Source of the DNA: Hylemonella sp.
GTDB lineage: Bacteria > Pseudomonadota > Gammaproteobacteria > Burkholderiales > Burkholderiaceae_C
NCBI GenBank assembly: GCA_030680575.1
Contig: JAUXVI010000029.1
Span: 63,867 to 127,866 of the forward strand
Length of the DNA stretch: 64,000 bases
Reading direction: 5' to 3'
Positions 46,866-58,071 of the stretch are shown here, piece by piece. Within the stretch, counting starts at the first letter, position 1. Each line of letters opens with the position of its first letter. Both the position numbers and the translations under genes were made by a program. Below the pieces are notes generated by a model. The model was given only the letters and a program-made list of their open reading frames with translations, was not told the origin of the DNA and ran no database searches.

Positions 46866-46996
46866 GGCACTCCTGGTGATGTGTTGCAATTGCCACATTT
46901 TGCGGCAAAAGACTGGCGCGGCTGGGGCGGATCGGCAATAAGTCCGTACACTTCGCGCCTGTTTTTCTTTTTTTCCCGACCGGTTGGAGTGTTTTC

Positions 46997-49261
46997 ATGA
47001 AATTTCGCTTCCCCATCGTCATCATTGACGAAGACTTCCGCTCCGAAAACACCTCGGGTCTGGGAATTCGCGCGCTGGCGCAGGCCATCGAGGCCGAAGG
47101 CTTCGAGGTGCTGGGTGTCACCAGCTACGGTGATTTGAGCCAGTTTGCCCAGCAGCAGAGCCGGGCCAGTGCCTTTATTCTCTCGATCGACGACGAGGAG
47201 TTCACGCCGGGTCCCGATCTGGACCCCGCGGTGCTGAACCTGCGCAAATTCATCGAAGAGGTGCGTTTCAAGAACGCCGATGTGCCGCTCTACATCTACG
47301 GCGAAACCAAGACCTCGCACCATCTGCCCAACGACATCCTGCGCGAGCTGCACGGTTTCATCCACATGTACGAGGACACCCCCGAGTTCATGGCGCGCCA
47401 CATCATCCGCGAAGCCAAGAGCTACCTGGAGGGGCTGCAGCCGCCGTTCTTCAAGGCGCTGCTGGATTACGCCGAGGACGGCTCCTACTCCTGGCACTGC
47501 CCGGGCCATTCGGGCGGGGTGGCCTTCCTGAAAAGCCCGGTGGGCCAGATGTACCACCAGTTCTATGGCGAGAACATGCTGCGCGCCGACGTCTGCAACG
47601 CGGTGGAGGAACTCGGCCAGCTGCTCGACCACAACGGTGCCATCGGCGAGAGTGAACGCAATGCCGCGCGCATCTTCAATGCCGACCATTGCTACTTCGT
47701 CACCAACGGCACCAGCACCTCCAACAAGATGGTGTGGCACCATACGGTGGCCCCCGGTGACGTGGTGGTGGTGGACCGCAACTGCCACAAGTCGATCCTG
47801 CACGCCATCATCATGACCGGGGCGGTGCCGGTCTTCCTCAAGCCCACGCGCAACCATTTCGGCATCATCGGTCCAATCCCGCAAAGCGAGTTCGAACCGT
47901 CGGCCATCCAGGCCAAGATCAAGGCCAACCCGCTGCTCAAGGGCGTGGATGCCAAGAAGGTCAAGCCGCGCATCATGACCTTGACACAATCGACCTACGA
48001 CGGCGTGCTCTACAACACCGAGACCATCAAGGGCATGCTCGACGGTTACGTCGATAACCTGCACTTTGACGAAGCCTGGCTGCCGCACGCCGCGTTCCAC
48101 CCGTTCTATGGCGCCTACCACGCGATGGGCAAAAAGCGGGCACGGCCGAAGGAGTCGGTGGTCTACGCCTCGCAGTCCATCCCCAAGCTGCTGGCCGGCA
48201 TCAGCCAGGCCAGCCACGTGCTGGTGCAGGATTCACAGAACACCAAGCTGGACCATCACCTCTTCAACGAGGCCTACCTGATGCACACCAGCACCAGCCC
48301 GCAGTACAGCATCATTGCCAGCTGCGACGTGGCCGCTGCCATGATGGAGCCGCCTGGCGGCACGGCGCTGGTGGAGGAGAGCATTGCCGAGTCGCTCAAC
48401 TTCCGCCGCGCCATGCGCAAGGTGGAAGCGGAATTTGGCAAGGACTGGTGGTTCAAGGTCTGGGGTCCGGACAAGCTGGTGGCCGAGGGTGTTGGCCGCG
48501 CCGAGGAATGGATCATCCGCAGCACCAAGAGCGCCAGCAAGTGGCACGGTTTCGGTCAGCTCGCCGACGGTTTCAACATGCTGGACCCGATCAAGGCCAC
48601 CATCGTCACCCCAGGCCTGAACATGGACGGCAAGTTCGACAAGACCGGCATCCCGGCCTCGATCGTGACCAAATACCTGGCCGAACACGGTGTGGTGGTG
48701 GAGAAGACCGGCTTGTACAGCTTCTTCATCATGTTCACCATCGGCATCACCAAGGGCCGCTGGAACACGCTGCTGACGGCGCTGCAGCAGTTCAAGGACG
48801 ATTACGACAAGAACCAGCCGATGTGGCGCATCATGCCGGAGTTCTGCCAGAAGCACCCGCGTTATGAGCGCATGGGTCTGCAGGACCTGTGCCAGCACAT
48901 TCACACGCTGTATGCCAAGTACGACATTGCACGCCTGACGACCGAGATGTACCTGAGCGACCTGAAGCCGGCCATGAAGCCGAGCGACGCCTATGCCCAC
49001 ATCGCCCATCGCATGACCGAGCGTGTCGAGATCGACCAGCTGGAAGGCCGCGTTACCGTCGGTCTGGTCACGCCTTACCCGCCCGGCATTCCGCTGCTGA
49101 TCCCGGGCGAGGTGTTCAACAAGAAGATTGTTGACTACCTCAAGTTCTCGCGTGAGTTCAATGCGCAATGCCCGGGCTTCGAAACCGACATCCACGGCTT
49201 GGTGGAGGTGGTCGCCGAAGATGGTAAGAAGCATTACTACGCTGACTGCGTCAAGGCCTGA
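46997..49261 (+). CDS. Large Orn/Lys/Arg decarboxylase (PLP-dependent, fold type I, wing-domain type)
   Basis: 754 aa. It has an N-terminal response-regulator-like wing domain, a major domain with SWHCPGHSGG and the PLP-Lys region SQSIPKLL-type motif, and a C-terminal domain. Confidence 0.85.
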   Translation: MKFRFPIVIIDEDFRSENTSGLGIRALAQAIEAEGFEVLGVTSYGDLSQFAQQQSRASAFILSIDDEEFTPGPDLDPAVLNLRKFIEEVRFKNADVPLYIYGETKTSHHLPNDILRELHGFIHMYEDTPEFMARHIIREAKSYLEGLQPPFFKALLDYAEDGSYSWHCPGHSGGVAFLKSPVGQMYHQFYGENMLRADVCNAVEELGQLLDHNGAIGESERNAARIFNADHCYFVTNGTSTSNKMVWHHTVAPGDVVVVDRNCHKSILHAIIMTGAVPVFLKPTRNHFGIIGPIPQSEFEPSAIQAKIKANPLLKGVDAKKVKPRIMTLTQSTYDGVLYNTETIKGMLDGYVDNLHFDEAWLPHAAFHPFYGAYHAMGKKRARPKESVVYASQSIPKLLAGISQASHVLVQDSQNTKLDHHLFNEAYLMHTSTSPQYSIIASCDVAAAMMEPPGGTALVEESIAESLNFRRAMRKVEAEFGKDWWFKVWGPDKLVAEGVGRAEEWIIRSTKSASKWHGFGQLADGFNMLDPIKATIVTPGLNMDGKFDKTGIPASIVTKYLAEHGVVVEKTGLYSFFIMFTIGITKGRWNTLLTALQQFKDDYDKNQPMWRIMPEFCQKHPRYERMGLQDLCQHIHTLYAKYDIARLTTEMYLSDLKPAMKPSDAYAHIAHRMTERVEIDQLEGRVTVGLVTPYPPGIPLLIPGEVFNKKIVDYLKFSREFNAQCPGFETDIHGLVEVVAEDGKKHYYADCVKA

Positions 49262-49280
49262 GGAACTTCGTCTCCAAGGA

Positions 49281-49307
49281 AAAACGCCCCGTATTGCGGG
49301 GCGTTTT
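49281..49307. terminator. Bidirectional rho-independent terminator between the convergent decarboxylase gene and fabI
   Basis: The hairpin aaaacgccccg-tattg-cggggcgtttt has an A-tract on the left and a T-tract on the right. Confidence 0.75.
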
Positions 49308-49369
49308 GCTATCTAATTCATAGCTGCTTGCGCAGCCATGGCGAGGCGAAAACCGGTTTTTTCTTGAAA

Positions 49370-50167
49370 TCAGGTCTCGACCACGGCCACGGAAGAATGG
49401 CTGAAGCCGCCGTCCACATAACTGATCTCGGCGGTCACGCCAGAAGCCAGGTCGCTCAGCAGAAAAGCTGCCACGTTGCCGACATCCTCAATGGTCACGT
49501 TGCGGCGCAGCGGCGAGCCATTGGCTGCAATGTTGAGCAGCTTGCCGAAATCCTTGATGCCGCTGGCGGCCAGGGTCTTGATCGGGCCGGCGCTGATGCC
49601 GTTGACGCGCATGCTGCGGCCATCCGGCAGGTGGCCGACGGCTTCGGCCAGGTAACGCACCGAGGCTTCCAGGCTGGCCTTGGCCAGGCCCATGGTGTTG
49701 TAGTTCGGGATGGCGCGCATGGCGCCCAGGTAGCTCAGCGTCAGCAGGGCCGATTTGTCGTTGAGGTAAGGCAGGGCTGCCTTGGCCATGGCCGGGAAAC
49801 TGTAGGCGCTGATGTCATGCGCAATACGGAAGTTCTCGCGCGACAGACCGTCCAGGAAGTTGCCCGTGATCGCCTCGCGCGGGGCAAAGCCGATGCTGTG
49901 CACGAAGCCGTCATAGGTGGGCCAGTGGGCCGACAGGTTCTTGAACATGTTCTCGATCTGCGCGTCATCACCGACATCGCAGTCAAAGATCAGCTTGGAA
50001 TTGAACTCGGCGGCAAATTCGGTGATGCGGTCCTTGAAGCGCTCGCCGACGTAGCTGAACGCCAGCTCGGCACCTTCGCGGTGGCAGGCCTGGGCGATGC
50101 CATAAGCGATCGAGCGGTTGCTCAACAAGCCGGTGATCAAAAATTTCTTGCCAGTCAGGAATCCCAT
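49370..50167 (-). CDS. fabI: Enoyl-[acyl-carrier-protein] reductase (NADH) FabI
   Basis: It starts [25 protein letters not shown] and has the catalytic Y...K region [24 protein letters not shown]. Confidence 0.9.
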   Translation of the reverse strand: MGFLTGKKFLITGLLSNRSIAYGIAQACHREGAELAFSYVGERFKDRITEFAAEFNSKLIFDCDVGDDAQIENMFKNLSAHWPTYDGFVHSIGFAPREAITGNFLDGLSRENFRIAHDISAYSFPAMAKAALPYLNDKSALLTLSYLGAMRAIPNYNTMGLAKASLEASVRYLAEAVGHLPDGRSMRVNGISAGPIKTLAASGIKDFGKLLNIAANGSPLRRNVTIEDVGNVAAFLLSDLASGVTAEISYVDGGFSHSSVAVVET

Positions 50168-50203
50168 AATTTTCTCGGTAAAAAATCTGTGCAGAATTGT
50201 CGC

Positions 50204-52060
50204 ATGCGGATTTTCTGTTTTCTGGCTTCCCTGATTTCACTGATTGCTGCCGTGCCGGCCTGGGCCGGCCACGCCTATGCCCAGTTTGGTGACATCAAGT
50301 ATCCAGCAGGTTTTCAGCACTTCGACTACGTGAATCCGGCCGCCCCCAAGGGCGGCGACATCACGCTGGTGCCGCCCACGCGCTTGTCCAATTTTGACAA
50401 ATACAACCCCTTCACCCTCAAGGGCAGCGCGCCACCGGGCTTAAGCAGCCTGGTGTTCGAGAGTCTGCTGACCGGCACGCTGGACGAACCAACCACCGCT
50501 TACGGTCTGCTGGCCCAAGACATCACGGTGGCGCCCGACAAGCTGTCAACTGTCTTCACGCTCAACCCGCTGGCCCGTTTCCATAATGGCGAGCCGGTGC
50601 TGGCGGCCGATGTGAAGCACTCATTCGACCAACTGACTTCACAGGCGGCGGCACCGCAGTACCGCACCATCTTCGGCGATATCAAGGGTGTGACGGTGCT
50701 GGGTGAACGGGTGGTGCGCTTCGACTTCCGACGTGTCAATGCCGAGTTGCCGCTGATTGCCGGCAGCCTGCCGGTGTTCAGCCGCAAGTGGGGCATGGAC
50801 AACGGCAAGAGCAAGCCGCTGGACCAGATCGTGACCGATGCGCCCATTGGCAGCGGTCCCTACCGCATCGGCAAGGTCAATTTCGGCAAGGACATCAGCT
50901 ACGAGCGCGATCCGGCGTACTGGGCGCGCGACCTCAATGTGCGCCGAGGCCTGTTCAACTTTGACCGCATCACCTACAAGATCTACAAGGACAACACGGC
51001 CCAGCTGGAAGCCTTCAAGGCCGGCGAGTTCGATTACATCCAGGCCTTCATCGCGCGCGAATGGGCCCGTGCCTACACCGGCAAGGCGTTCGACAAAGGC
51101 ACGCTGATCAAGAAAGAGCTGCAGCACGGCAACGCCGGCGACTTCCAGGGTTTCCTGTTCAATCTGCGGCGTGACAAATTCAAGGACGTGCGGGTGCGTG
51201 AAGCCATCGAGCTGGCGATGGACTTCGAGTGGCTCAACCGCCAGCTGTTCTACAACGCCTACACCCGGGTGCGCGGCTATTTCGTCGGCAGCGACTTCGA
51301 GGCCAAAGGCAAGCCCAGCCCGGAAGAACTGGCGCTGCTGGAGCCGCTGCGCCGCCAGTTGCCCTCCAGGGTGTTCACCGACGACGTGCCGCAGCCACCC
51401 TTTACCAGCTTGGATCCGGCCTCCGGCCATACGTTGCGCGACAACCTGCGCCGCGCACGCGACCTGCTGGCCCAGGCCGGCTGGACCTACCGCGACGGTG
51501 CCCTGCGCAACGCGCAGGGCGATGCCTTTACCATTGAATTCCTCGACAACTCGGGCTCCATGGGCCGGGTGGTGACGCCCTATGCCAGGAACCTGGAGAA
51601 GCTGGGCATCACCGTCAACTACAAGGTGGTCGATTTCGCCATCCTGCAAAAACGGCTGGATGTGTTCGACTTCGAGGTCATCAGCAACCGGCTGATCGGC
51701 AGCGAGGCGCCGGGCACCGAACTGCTGGAGCGTTTCGGCTCGAAGGCCGCCGATACCGAAGGCTCGATGAACATCATCGGCATCAAGAACCCGGCGATCG
51801 ACGCCCTGCTGGATCAGGTGATCTCGGCCCAGACCCGACCCGAACTGGTGGCCCGGCTGCGTGCGCTCGACCGCGTGCTGCGCCACGGCCACTACACCGT
51901 GCCGCACTGGTACGGCAGCGTGCACCGCGTCGCCTGGCGCGCCGGCCGCTTCGAGCAGCCGGCAGTGACGCCGCGTTATTACCAGCCCGAGGGCTGGGTC
52001 ACGTCCGTCTGGTGGGCTTCTCCAGCCAACCGGGCACAAGCGGCCCAAGAAGGGAAATAA
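50204..52060 (+). CDS. yejA: ABC transporter substrate-binding protein, family 5 (YejA-like, peptide/microcin C-type)
   Basis: It has a signal peptide and an SBP_bac_5 architecture of about 618 aa. It is followed by yejB/E/F-type genes. Confidence 0.8.
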   Translation: MRIFCFLASLISLIAAVPAWAGHAYAQFGDIKYPAGFQHFDYVNPAAPKGGDITLVPPTRLSNFDKYNPFTLKGSAPPGLSSLVFESLLTGTLDEPTTAYGLLAQDITVAPDKLSTVFTLNPLARFHNGEPVLAADVKHSFDQLTSQAAAPQYRTIFGDIKGVTVLGERVVRFDFRRVNAELPLIAGSLPVFSRKWGMDNGKSKPLDQIVTDAPIGSGPYRIGKVNFGKDISYERDPAYWARDLNVRRGLFNFDRITYKIYKDNTAQLEAFKAGEFDYIQAFIAREWARAYTGKAFDKGTLIKKELQHGNAGDFQGFLFNLRRDKFKDVRVREAIELAMDFEWLNRQLFYNAYTRVRGYFVGSDFEAKGKPSPEELALLEPLRRQLPSRVFTDDVPQPPFTSLDPASGHTLRDNLRRARDLLAQAGWTYRDGALRNAQGDAFTIEFLDNSGSMGRVVTPYARNLEKLGITVNYKVVDFAILQKRLDVFDFEVISNRLIGSEAPGTELLERFGSKAADTEGSMNIIGIKNPAIDALLDQVISAQTRPELVARLRALDRVLRHGHYTVPHWYGSVHRVAWRAGRFEQPAVTPRYYQPEGWVTSVWWASPANRAQAAQEGK

Positions 52061-52063
52061 GCG

Positions 52064-53098
52064 ATGCTGGCCTACATCCTCAAGCGCCTGTTGCTGATGA
52101 TCCCGACCCTGTTCGGCATCCTGCTGCTGACCTTTGTTGTCATCCAGTTCGTGCCGGGCGGGCCGGTGGAACAGATGGTGGCGCAACTGCAGGGGCGCGA
52201 CAGCGGCGGGGAGGGCGCGGCCGCATCGGGCGCCGGCTACCGCGGCCGCCAGGGCGTGGATGCGGCGCGCATTGCCGAAATCCGTGCCTTCTACGGCTTC
52301 GACAAACCGGCCCACGAGCGCTTCTGGCAGATGCTGAAGCAGTACGCGCGCTTTGATCTGGGCAAAAGCTTTTTCTACCCCAAGAGCGTGTGGGAGCTGG
52401 TGAAGGACAAGCTGCCGGTCTCGATCAGCCTCGGCCTGTGGACCTTCTTCTTGAGCTACCTGATCTCGGTGCCGCTGGGCATCGCCAAGGCGGTGCGCGC
52501 CGGCAGCCGCTTCGACACGCTGACTAGCCTGGTCGTGCTGATCGGCTATGCCATTCCGGGTTTCGTGCTCGGCGTGGCCTTGCTGGTGATCTTCGGCGGC
52601 CAGTTGCAGTGGTTTCCGCTGCGCGGCCTGACCTCCAGCAACTGGGAAAGCTTGAGCTGGGGCGCCAAGGTGGTGGACTACCTGTGGCACATCACGCTGC
52701 CGATCACGGCCAGCGTGCTGGGTGCCTTTGCTGTCACCACCATGCTGACCAAGAATGCTTTTCTGGAGGAAATCCGCAAGCAATACGTGCTGACGGCACG
52801 CGCCAAGGGGCTGACCGAGCGGCGCGTGCTGTGGCGGCATGTGATGCGCAATGCGCTGATCCCCATCGTCACCGGCTTTCCGGCCGCCTTCATCGGCGCC
52901 TTCTTCACTGGCTCGCTCCTGATCGAGACCCTGTTCTCGCTCGACGGCCTGGGCTTGCTGTCCTACGAGTCGGTGATGCGGCGCGACTACCCGGTAGTGC
53001 TGGGCACGCTTTACCTGTTCACACTGATCGGCCTGGTGACCAAGCTGATTTCCGACCTCTGTTACGTGTGGGTAGACCCGCGCGTGAAATTTGATTGA
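52064..53098 (+). CDS. yejB: ABC transporter permease YejB-like
   Basis: It is a DppB/OppB-type permease, starting MLAYILKRLLLMIPTLFGILLLTF. Confidence 0.8.
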   Translation: MLAYILKRLLLMIPTLFGILLLTFVVIQFVPGGPVEQMVAQLQGRDSGGEGAAASGAGYRGRQGVDAARIAEIRAFYGFDKPAHERFWQMLKQYARFDLGKSFFYPKSVWELVKDKLPVSISLGLWTFFLSYLISVPLGIAKAVRAGSRFDTLTSLVVLIGYAIPGFVLGVALLVIFGGQLQWFPLRGLTSSNWESLSWGAKVVDYLWHITLPITASVLGAFAVTTMLTKNAFLEEIRKQYVLTARAKGLTERRVLWRHVMRNALIPIVTGFPAAFIGAFFTGSLLIETLFSLDGLGLLSYESVMRRDYPVVLGTLYLFTLIGLVTKLISDLCYVWVDPRVKFD

Positions 53099-54132
53099 TG
53101 AGCCAGATTTCACCATCCCCATCGAAACGCGCCTGGCAGCGCTTCAAGCGTAACCGCCTCGGTTACGTGAGCCTGCTGATCTTCTGTACGCTGTTCGTGC
53201 TCAGCCTGGGGGCCGAGCTGATCTCCAACGACAAGCCGCTGCTGGCGCGCTACAACGGCCAGTGGTATGCGCCGATCCTGAGCAACGTGCCGGAGACCAC
53301 CTTCGGCGGCGATTTCGCGACGCCGACCGACTACCTCGACCCCTTCATCCAGCAGCAGTTCGCCAAACCCGGCAACTGGGCTCTGTACCCACTCAACCCC
53401 TACCACCACAGCACCATCAACTACTTCGCCAAGGAGCCCAACCCGAGCGAACCCTCCGCCGACAATTGGCTGGGCACCGACGACCGCGGGCGCGACGTGG
53501 TGGCGCGGCTGCTCTACGGCTTTCGCATTTCGGTGCTGTTCGCACTGGCGCTGACGGTCATCGGCGTGTTGCTGGGCGTGGTCACCGGGGCGCTGCAGGG
53601 CTTTTTCGGCGGCAAGACCGACCTGCTGTTCCAGCGCTTCATCGAGATCTGGGGCTCCATGCCCGAGCTCTACCTGCTGATCATCTTCTCCGCCATGTTC
53701 GACCCCAGCGTGGCGCTGCTGCTGATCCTGCTCAGCCTGTTCGGCTGGATGGGCCTGTCCGACTACGTGCGCGCTGAGTTCCTGCGCAATCGCCAGCTCG
53801 ACTACGTGCGCGCGGCGCGGGCGCTGGGCCTGTCGAACTGGCAGATCATCTGGCGCCACATCCTGCCCAACAGCCTGACGCCGGTGGTGACCTTCCTGCC
53901 GTTCCGTATGAGCGCGGCCATCCTGGCGCTGACCTCGCTCGACTTTCTCGGTCTGGGCGTGCCGCCTGGCACACCCTCGCTGGGTGAGCTGCTGGCGCAG
54001 GGCAAGAACAACATCGACGCCTGGTGGATTTCGCTTTCCACCTTCGCCGTGCTGGTGGTCACGCTGCTGCTGCTGACCTTCATGGGTGACGCGCTGCGCG
54101 ACGCGCTCGACCCGCGAAAGGCCGAAAAATGA
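53095..54132 (+). CDS. yejE: ABC transporter permease YejE-like
   Basis: It is a DppC/OppC-type permease with an extended N-terminal periplasmic segment. It is 4-nt coupled on both sides. Confidence 0.8.
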   Translation: MMSQISPSPSKRAWQRFKRNRLGYVSLLIFCTLFVLSLGAELISNDKPLLARYNGQWYAPILSNVPETTFGGDFATPTDYLDPFIQQQFAKPGNWALYPLNPYHHSTINYFAKEPNPSEPSADNWLGTDDRGRDVVARLLYGFRISVLFALALTVIGVLLGVVTGALQGFFGGKTDLLFQRFIEIWGSMPELYLLIIFSAMFDPSVALLLILLSLFGWMGLSDYVRAEFLRNRQLDYVRAARALGLSNWQIIWRHILPNSLTPVVTFLPFRMSAAILALTSLDFLGLGVPPGTPSLGELLAQGKNNIDAWWISLSTFAVLVVTLLLLTFMGDALRDALDPRKAEK

Positions 54133-55742
54133 GCCACGCACTGCTGGACGTGAAAAACCTGCGTGTCGCCTTTGGCGGCAAGGAAGTTGTGCATGGTCTC
54201 GATTTCCAGGTCGCCGCGGGGGAAAAAGTGGCGCTGGTCGGGGAGTCCGGCTCGGGCAAGACTGTCACCGCCTTGAGCCTGCTGCGCCTGGTGCAGAACG
54301 CCGACATTTCTGGCGTTGCAAGCTTTTTCGAGCCCCGGCCCTCGTTGAATGTGCGCGACCTGCTATCAATTCAGGAGCGCGAGCTGCGCGGCATCCGTGG
54401 CCGGGACATCGCCATGATCTTCCAGGAACCGATGACGGCGCTTAACCCGCTGTTCACCGTGGGCGAGCAGATTGCCGAGGTGCTGGAGCTCAAGCTGGGG
54501 CTGGCCCGGGCGCAGGCGGTGGCGCAGGCCGTGCAACTGCTGGCCGACACCGGCATTCCGGAGCCCGAGCGGCGCGCCAAGTCCTTCCCGCACCAGTTGA
54601 GTGGCGGCCAGCGCCAGCGCGCCATGATCGCCATGGCCTTGGCCTGCCAGCCGCGGCTGCTGCTGGCCGACGAGCCGACCACGGCGCTGGACGTCACCCT
54701 GCGCGGTCAGATCCTCGACCTGCTCACCGGCCTGCAGCAGAAGAATGGCATGGCCGTGCTGCTGATCACGCACGACCTGAATCTGGTGCGCCGCTTCGCC
54801 GACCGGGTGATCGTGATGGAAAACGGCCATATCGTGGAACAGGGGCGGGTGGCCGAGGTCTTTGCCAACCCGCAGCACAGCTACACCCGGCGTCTGATCG
54901 ACAGCAAGCCGGTGCGCGATGTGCAGGAGGCGCCCGTCGTTGCCGACGCTGCGCCGGTGATGCAGGCCCGTGGCTTGCGCGTGGGCTACCCGACGCCCTT
55001 GCCCGGCTTGCGCGGCTGGTTCCGCCGTGGTGAGTTTGTGGCCGTGCACGATGCGGCCTTCACCATTGCGTCCGGCCGTACCCTGGGTGTGATCGGCGAG
55101 TCCGGCTCGGGCAAGTCGACCCTGGCTTTGGCCACGCTCGGCCTGCTGCCCTTCACCGGTGATCTGCGAGTGGACGGGCAGGCCTGGAGCCGGGAGCCGG
55201 CCCACAACAAGGCATTGCGCCGGGTGGTGCAGGTGGTGTTCCAGGACCCGTTTTCCTCCTTGTCGCCGCGCCTGACGGTTGAGGAGATCGTGGGCGAGGG
55301 CCTGTTCGTCCATGCGCCTGAGCTGTCCAAGGCGGAGCGCCGCCAGCGGGTGCTGCGGGCGCTGGAGGAGGTGGGCCTAGGTGAGGCGCAATACCCAGGC
55401 CTGCTGCAGCGTTATCCGCACGAGTTTTCCGGCGGCCAGCGCCAGCGGCTGGCCATAGCCCGCGCGCTCATCGTCGAGCCGCGCCTGCTGGTGCTGGACG
55501 AGCCGACCAGCGCGCTCGATGTGACGATCCAGAAGCAGGTGCTGCAACTGCTGCAGCGCCTGCAGCGCGAGCGGGGCCTGAGCTACCTGCTGATCACCCA
55601 CGACGTGGACGTGATCCGGGCCATGGCGCATGAGGTCATTGTCATGAAAGACGGCCTCATCGTCGAGTCCGGTGATGTTTCCGCGGTGCTGGATGCGCCC
55701 AGCCATCCGTACACCTGCACGCTGGTGCGTTCTGCTGCCTAA
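54129..55742 (+). CDS. yejF: Dual-cassette ABC ATP-binding protein YejF-like
   Basis: It has two complete nucleotide-binding domains, with Walker A motifs GESGSGKT and GESGSGKST and two signature motifs, LSGGQRQR and FSGGQRQR. Confidence 0.85.
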   Translation: MSHALLDVKNLRVAFGGKEVVHGLDFQVAAGEKVALVGESGSGKTVTALSLLRLVQNADISGVASFFEPRPSLNVRDLLSIQERELRGIRGRDIAMIFQEPMTALNPLFTVGEQIAEVLELKLGLARAQAVAQAVQLLADTGIPEPERRAKSFPHQLSGGQRQRAMIAMALACQPRLLLADEPTTALDVTLRGQILDLLTGLQQKNGMAVLLITHDLNLVRRFADRVIVMENGHIVEQGRVAEVFANPQHSYTRRLIDSKPVRDVQEAPVVADAAPVMQARGLRVGYPTPLPGLRGWFRRGEFVAVHDAAFTIASGRTLGVIGESGSGKSTLALATLGLLPFTGDLRVDGQAWSREPAHNKALRRVVQVVFQDPFSSLSPRLTVEEIVGEGLFVHAPELSKAERRQRVLRALEEVGLGEAQYPGLLQRYPHEFSGGQRQRLAIARALIVEPRLLVLDEPTSALDVTIQKQVLQLLQRLQRERGLSYLLITHDVDVIRAMAHEVIVMKDGLIVESGDVSAVLDAPSHPYTCTLVRSAA

Positions 55743-55803
55743 ATCGCCTTGAAAATCAAGGCGCTAGCCCTGTTTTTCGGCTACAATTCGACAATTCTCG
55801 ACC

Positions 55804-55838
55804 AAACGGGCGGATTACCAACCGCCCGTTTTTTTTGG
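55804..55838 (+). terminator. Rho-independent terminator after yejF
   Basis: The hairpin acgggcgg-attaccaa-ccgcccgt is followed by TTTTTTTT. Confidence 0.7.
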
Positions 55839-55870
55839 TCGAACGGTTTTGATGGGGCAACAGGACACAC

Positions 55871-56440
55871 GTGGCATTACAGGACATCGTCGAACAAACT
55901 GTGACCGGACTCGGTTATGACTTGGTGGAGATCGAACGCTCTGCTGGGGGTTTGCTGCGCGTGACGATCGATTTGCCCTGGGATCCGCAAGCTGCCGAGC
56001 AGTTCGTCAACGTCGAGGACTGCGAGAAAGTCACGCGCCAGTTGCAGTTTGCACTGGAAGTCGATGGCATCGAATACAAGCGGCTGGAAGTGTCCTCGCC
56101 GGGTATCGATCGTCCCCTGCGTCATGAAAAAGATTTCGAGCGTTTTGCCGGCCAGGTGATTGACGTCACGCTCAAGGCGCCGATGGGTGCGGCTGCGGCC
56201 GGCCAGGTCAGTGCCAACCGCAAGAAGTTTCGCGGCACGCTGGAGCGTGCCGAAGGCGGCCAGAGCTGGCAGATCGTCTGGAGCGACGAGCCGCCGGTCA
56301 AGCCGGGACAGAAGGTCAGCAAGAAGCGCCCGCCGGCGCCCGTGCAGGCGCTGGGCTTCACGCTGGATGAGCTGCGTGAGGCGCGTTTGGCACCGATCGT
56401 CAGCTTCAAGGGCCGCGGCGCGGCAGGCACAGAAGATTAA
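55871..56440 (+). CDS. rimP: Ribosome maturation factor RimP
   Basis: It has a GTG start, the sequence [20 protein letters not shown]...[11 protein letters not shown], and the conserved position upstream of nusA. Confidence 0.85.
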   Translation: MALQDIVEQTVTGLGYDLVEIERSAGGLLRVTIDLPWDPQAAEQFVNVEDCEKVTRQLQFALEVDGIEYKRLEVSSPGIDRPLRHEKDFERFAGQVIDVTLKAPMGAAAAGQVSANRKKFRGTLERAEGGQSWQIVWSDEPPVKPGQKVSKKRPPAPVQALGFTLDELREARLAPIVSFKGRGAAGTED

Positions 56441-56550
56441 GAACGTTTTTGCCGGGGCAGGGCCTTGGGCAGGAGCGATGGTTTTGCAATGTGAGTTCGA
56501 GCGGGTGTGGGGCAAGGCTCCGCGCTCATCTGGTTATGGAGGTTAAAGGC

Positions 56551-58047
56551 ATGAATCGCGAATTGTTGATGCTGGTGGAAGCCATTTCACGCGAGAAGAA
56601 CGTTGAGCGTGACTTGGTGTTTGGTGCGGTCGAGGCCGCGCTGGCGCAAGCCACGAAGAAGCTCTACCAGGGCGATGTGGACATCCGTGTCGCCATCGAC
56701 CGTGACACCGGCAACTACGAAACGTTCCGCCGTTGGCACGTCGTCCCCGACGAGGCCGGCCTGCAGCTGCCTGACCAGGAAATCCTGCTGTTCGAAGCCA
56801 AGGAACAGATCCCCGATATCGAGGTGGATGAGTACATCGAGGAATCGGTGGATTCGGTGCCGATCGGCCGCATCGGTGCCATGGCCGCCAAGCAGGTCAT
56901 TCTGCAGAAGATCCGTGACGCTGAGCGCGAAATGCTGCTCAACGATTTCATGTCGCGCGGCGACAAGATCTTCGTCGGTACCGTCAAGCGCATGGACAAG
57001 GGCGACATCATCGTGGAAAGCGGTCGCGTCGAAGGTCGTCTGCGCCGCGGCGAGATGATCCCGAAGGAAAACCTGCGCACCGGCGACCGCGTGCGCGCCA
57101 TGATCATGGAAGTGGACCTGACGTTGCGTGGCGCCCCCATCATCCTGTCACGCTCGGCGCCCGAATTCATGATCGAGCTGTTCCGCCAGGAAGTGCCCGA
57201 GATCGAGCAGGGTCTGCTGGAGATCAAATCCTGCGCCCGTGACGCCGGCTCGCGCGCCAAGATCGCCGTGCTGTCGCACGACAAGCGTGTCGACCCGATC
57301 GGTACCTGCGTCGGTGTGCGCGGTACCCGCGTCAATGCCGTCACCAATGAGCTTGCCGGCGAGCGCGTCGATATCGTGCTATGGAGCGAGGATCCGGCCC
57401 AGTTCGTGATCGGCGCCCTGGCCCCGGCCAACGTGCAGTCCATCGTGGTCGATGAAGAAAAGCACGCCATGGACGTGGTGGTGGACGAGGAAAACCTGGC
57501 GATTGCCATCGGCCGCGGCGGCCAGAACGTGCGCCTGGCCTCTGACCTCACCGGCTGGAAGATCAACATCATGGACGCGGCCGAATCGGCCCAGAAGCAG
57601 GCCGACGAAACCGGCTCGCTGCGCAAGCTGTTCATGGAAAAACTCGATGTGGACGAGGAAATCGCCGACATCCTGATCGCCGAGGGTTTCACCAGCCTGG
57701 AAGAAGTGGCCTATGTGCCGCTGCAGGAAATGCTGGAGATCGAGAGCTTCGACGAAGACACGGTCAACGAGTTGCGTGCCCGCGCCAAGGATGCGCTGCT
57801 GACCATGGAAATTGCCCGCGAGGAAAGCGTCGAGGAAGTGTCGCAGGATCTGCGAGACCTCGAAGGCCTGACGCCCGAGCTGATTGCCAAGCTGGCCGAC
57901 AACGGCGTTCACACCCTCGATGACCTGGCGGATCTCGCCGTGGACGAACTCACTGATATCACTGGCCAGTCTGCGGATGAAGCCAAGGCCCTGATCATGA
58001 AGGCGCGCGAACATTGGTTTACCAATGATGCCGCCTCTCAAGAGTAA
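56551..58047 (+). CDS. nusA: Transcription termination/antitermination factor NusA
   Basis: It starts [34 protein letters not shown] and contains S1, KH1/KH2 and C-terminal acidic repeats. GGAGG lies upstream. Confidence 0.95.
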   Translation: MNRELLMLVEAISREKNVERDLVFGAVEAALAQATKKLYQGDVDIRVAIDRDTGNYETFRRWHVVPDEAGLQLPDQEILLFEAKEQIPDIEVDEYIEESVDSVPIGRIGAMAAKQVILQKIRDAEREMLLNDFMSRGDKIFVGTVKRMDKGDIIVESGRVEGRLRRGEMIPKENLRTGDRVRAMIMEVDLTLRGAPIILSRSAPEFMIELFRQEVPEIEQGLLEIKSCARDAGSRAKIAVLSHDKRVDPIGTCVGVRGTRVNAVTNELAGERVDIVLWSEDPAQFVIGALAPANVQSIVVDEEKHAMDVVVDEENLAIAIGRGGQNVRLASDLTGWKINIMDAAESAQKQADETGSLRKLFMEKLDVDEEIADILIAEGFTSLEEVAYVPLQEMLEIESFDEDTVNELRARAKDALLTMEIAREESVEEVSQDLRDLEGLTPELIAKLADNGVHTLDDLADLAVDELTDITGQSADEAKALIMKAREHWFTNDAASQE

Positions 58048-58071
58048 CGGTCATGAAAGGTTACACAACAA

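Noticed and set aside
50639-53122. An 827-aa ORF on the minus strand, antisense to yejA and yejB.
   Set aside because: No family motifs are present and the composition is typical of antisense translation of GC3-rich genes. The plus-strand genes have strong homology signatures and operon logic.
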